Shown: positions 61,565-64,000 of the stretch, piece after piece
How the letters are laid out: each line of letters starts with the position of its first letter
Position numbering within the stretch: position 1 is the stretch's first letter
Origin: Carpediemonas membranifera BICM
Taxonomy: Eukaryota; Protista; Fornicata
Assembly (NCBI GenBank): GCA_019828565.1
Contig: JAHDYR010000062.1
Location: 1,250,421-1,314,420, forward strand
Direction: 5' to 3'
Length of the DNA: 64,000 nt
Notes under the pieces: generated by a model
Told to the model about the DNA's origin: nothing
The model's database searches: none
What the model saw: the letters and a program-made list of their open reading frames with translations, nothing else
Translations under genes and position numbers: made by a program

Positions 61565-64000
61565 CTATTGGGCGTCAATGGCCGGGGGAAGCCGCCGGGA
61601 CCGGTCCATGACAGCCGCCTTCCGCCCTGTAGCGAGGGAACTCGGGCGGGCCATCGGTTGGCCGGTGCGGTTGCTGGTGTTGAGCGTGCTGCTCGACGAG
61701 AGTGTACCTGACCGCGCTAGTCTGGCCGACGCTGCCTGCTGGTCGGCCCCCTTGTTGCCCACCGGGCGTCGGCCGGGGTGGACCGACGAGTAGGCTGCCA
61801 GGGCCTTGCGGGAGACGTTGCTGGGCGTCTTGTTGAGCTGCGGCAGCGTCCGTGCGCGCGCCATTGCGTTAGTTTGGCTCTGCTTGATGTACTCTAATGA
61901 CCTTACATGGCCGCTGGGCGCCCCAGAGACGGGTGGCCGCGGCTTTGGTCTCCGGCCGCCATGGGGCTCATGTTTAGGCCCTACGCCGCCGCTGCTGCTC
62001 GGCTCGAGGGCTTTGCCTCTGAACTGGCCGAGGGAGCCGACTGTGCCCACCTTCCGCAGGCTGTGGTCCCGCCGGATGGGGCCTAGCGCCGTCCGGGACG
62101 ATTGGAGCTTGTCGCGCTTGTCCTGCCGCGCCATCTCCTTGACTAGCTGCCATACGCTGTTGGGGACGCGCTCGTCCGTGTCGACCTGCTTCACCAAGGC
62201 CTTGTGGAGCTCCGTCGGGGCATGACCGTGGTTGGCGAGCTCATCCCCAACAAACGTCGTCACGACGTAGTACAGGATCCAGGCAGCCAGGGACTTCCGC
62301 ATCATGTCCCCGGGGTCGGCGCCCTCGAGGGCAGCCGCGATCCGCTTGATGGCGGAGACCCTAAACTGCGAATTAGGTCGGAGCGAGCGGGTTGCGAGGA
62401 TGGTGGCGTCCTTGAGGGCGGCGCTCGAGGCGGCCCAGTCCTTAGATACGGCGGTGCTCTTGCCGACGAGCATCATGAAGGCGGCCACGGCGGCTTTGAC
62501 ACAGTCGGCGGGTGCTCTCATTGCGCGTAGCTCGGACTTCTGGTTGGGTGGCATCTGGGACAGCACCGCCAGAGCTCGGGCCCTCTTCGCAGCTCTGAGG
62601 GCGTTGTCCGCGGTCCTGGAGGTCATGCTGTCGGTGTCGGTCGGGAGCTTGATGGCCCAATCGTGGAGGAGGTCGGCCGGCAGGAACGGGGTCGACCGGA
62701 TCCTCGCCTTAGTCGGCAATGTCACCGTAGACATCTTCTGGACGGACCGCTGCCGCCGGAGGTCCTTGGACGACCGGTGGCTCAGGGCCGTGCGCTCGGA
62801 CTTGAGGATGGCCGCCGCAAACACGCGGGTGAAGGTCGTCGCGAGGTCCTTGTCGCCCTTCTTCTCCTGTAGGACCCTGAGCTTGGTGATGGCGCGCCTG
62901 AACTTGGCCTTGCCGCTCGCCAGGGCAGCTGGGTTCGGGGCGGTCTTGTTGAGGCGTGCCCGCCGCGCCTTGATCTCCTTGGCCTCGTTCGCCCGGATCC
63001 GGACCCGCATGAGCCCCACACGCCGCCTGATGATCTCCCACTTCGACATCGTCCCGACCTTCGACCGCACGTGCGACCAGTCGAGCTTCTTCGTCTTGAT
63101 TCGCCGCTTCCCGGCACTCGCGTCCGATGCATGCCCACGCCGCCTCGACCGCGTCTGGTGTCCCGAGTCCGAGGCCTCTGTGCCCGTGGTGAGGGTGCGG
63201 GTTGACACGGTCAGGTGTCGCGGGACGTCGGACAGCCGGTGGTTTGACGTCTGGCCCTTGGCCCCCAGGCTCGCACGGCTGCCGGAGTGGTCAGAGCCAT
63301 CGCCCAGGCCGTCGGGCTCGAGGTGCGACTGGCGTCTGCGGTGGCCCCTGTTGGGCCGGGCGGGGCACTCTGGGTCGGGCGCCTGCACGAGGGAGGGGCT
63401 GACGAGGGCCTTCGTCCGCGGGGCGGCGTCGGCCTCCTCCTCGTGCTCCTCCCCGTCGTCCGTGCCGTGCTCAGTGGGCTGCTCCTCCACCGACTCCCAG
63501 TGCGTCTCATCGGCCGACAGCAGCTGGAAGTCGTCATCGTCCAGCAGCGCGTCCAGGTCGCCCACGTCGTCGAGATCCTCGGACTCGGACTCACCCTCGC
63601 TGCTCTCGCCATCGGTCACGGTTTGCGCAGTGTCGTCGTCGATGTCAGACTGGGGCGCCATCGTCAGCGCCGGGTCGACCTCTGGGGTGCTCGCAGGCCC
63701 CTTAGTATGCGGAGTAAAGGCCACGGTGGGCTTGTGGGGACGAGGCTGGGCCTCTGGTGTGATCACCAGACGGGGCGGCCTGGGGGGGACTTCGACGTCA
63801 GACAGCACCCGGATGTCGTCATCGCCCTCCCCGTCGTCCTCGTCACAGTCAGACGATTCGCTGTCGTCCGATTCGCTATCGAAGGTCTCGGTGTCGACCT
63901 CCGTGGGCTCCTGGTCGGGCGTGCTGACCCCCGACGGCACGAGCTGAGTCGCCGTCGTCAGCGCTGAGCCCGAGCTATTGCCCACGATCGCACCTGAGAC
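61565..64000 (-). CDS. Large disordered protein containing a dynein MTBD-like segment (5' end beyond the window)
   Basis: Frame is open to the window end, with acidic and basic low-complexity regions. A central SELRAMRAP...SLAAWILYYVV segment resembles the dynein stalk tip. Confidence 0.65.
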   Translation of the reverse strand, partial: VSGAIVGNSSGSALTTATQLVPSGVSTPDQEPTEVDTETFDSESDDSESSDCDEDDGEGDDDIRVLSDVEVPPRPPRLVITPEAQPRPHKPTVAFTPHTKGPASTPEVDPALTMAPQSDIDDDTAQTVTDGESSEGESESEDLDDVGDLDALLDDDDFQLLSADETHWESVEEQPTEHGTDDGEEHEEEADAAPRTKALVSPSLVQAPDPECPARPNRGHRRRQSHLEPDGLGDGSDHSGSRASLGAKGQTSNHRLSDVPRHLTVSTRTLTTGTEASDSGHQTRSRRRGHASDASAGKRRIKTKKLDWSHVRSKVGTMSKWEIIRRRVGLMRVRIRANEAKEIKARRARLNKTAPNPAALASGKAKFRRAITKLRVLQEKKGDKDLATTFTRVFAAAILKSERTALSHRSSKDLRRQRSVQKMSTVTLPTKARIRSTPFLPADLLHDWAIKLPTDTDSMTSRTADNALRAAKRARALAVLSQMPPNQKSELRAMRAPADCVKAAVAAFMMLVGKSTAVSKDWAASSAALKDATILATRSLRPNSQFRVSAIKRIAAALEGADPGDMMRKSLAAWILYYVVTTFVGDELANHGHAPTELHKALVKQVDTDERVPNSVWQLVKEMARQDKRDKLQSSRTALGPIRRDHSLRKVGTVGSLGQFRGKALEPSSSGGVGPKHEPHGGRRPKPRPPVSGAPSGHVRSLEYIKQSQTNAMARARTLPQLNKTPSNVSRKALAAYSSVHPGRRPVGNKGADQQAASARLARSGTLSSSSTLNTSNRTGQPMARPSSLATGRKAAVMDRSRRLPPAIDAQ

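Overview
Gene-dense, GC-rich eukaryotic (protist) genomic DNA with short intergenic gaps and very short GT-AG spliceosomal introns (28-40 nt). The compact architecture and gene content resemble a free-living fornicate/metamonad such as Carpediemonas, but this is inference and was not tested. About 30 genes are present, mostly housekeeping: eS30, TTI1-like, a GARP/Myb factor, RCC1-repeat, TORTIFOLIA1-like, CCDC25, SGF29-like, condensin Cnd1, two Vps41 paralogs, DRC5-like, GH25 lysozyme, a flavin disulfide reductase, TmcB-like, MCM3, homeobox, cyclin A, TPI, Mad1-like, NMNAT, PSMA2, CSE1, a PP2A-family phosphatase and LSm6. The most notable locus (about 4.25-5.35 kb) is a Fanzor/TnpB-type RNA-guided nuclease remnant. 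All three RuvC catalytic residues and the zinc finger are intact, but the gene is 5'-truncated and split by a 1-nt frameshift. It is followed by a UNCG-capped hairpin (candidate omega-RNA) and bracketed by nested direct repeats. Also notable: a bacterial-defence-type SIR2 protein, inverted Vps41 paralogs with patchwork identity and a microhomology junction, and an apparent stand-alone dynein microtubule-binding domain.
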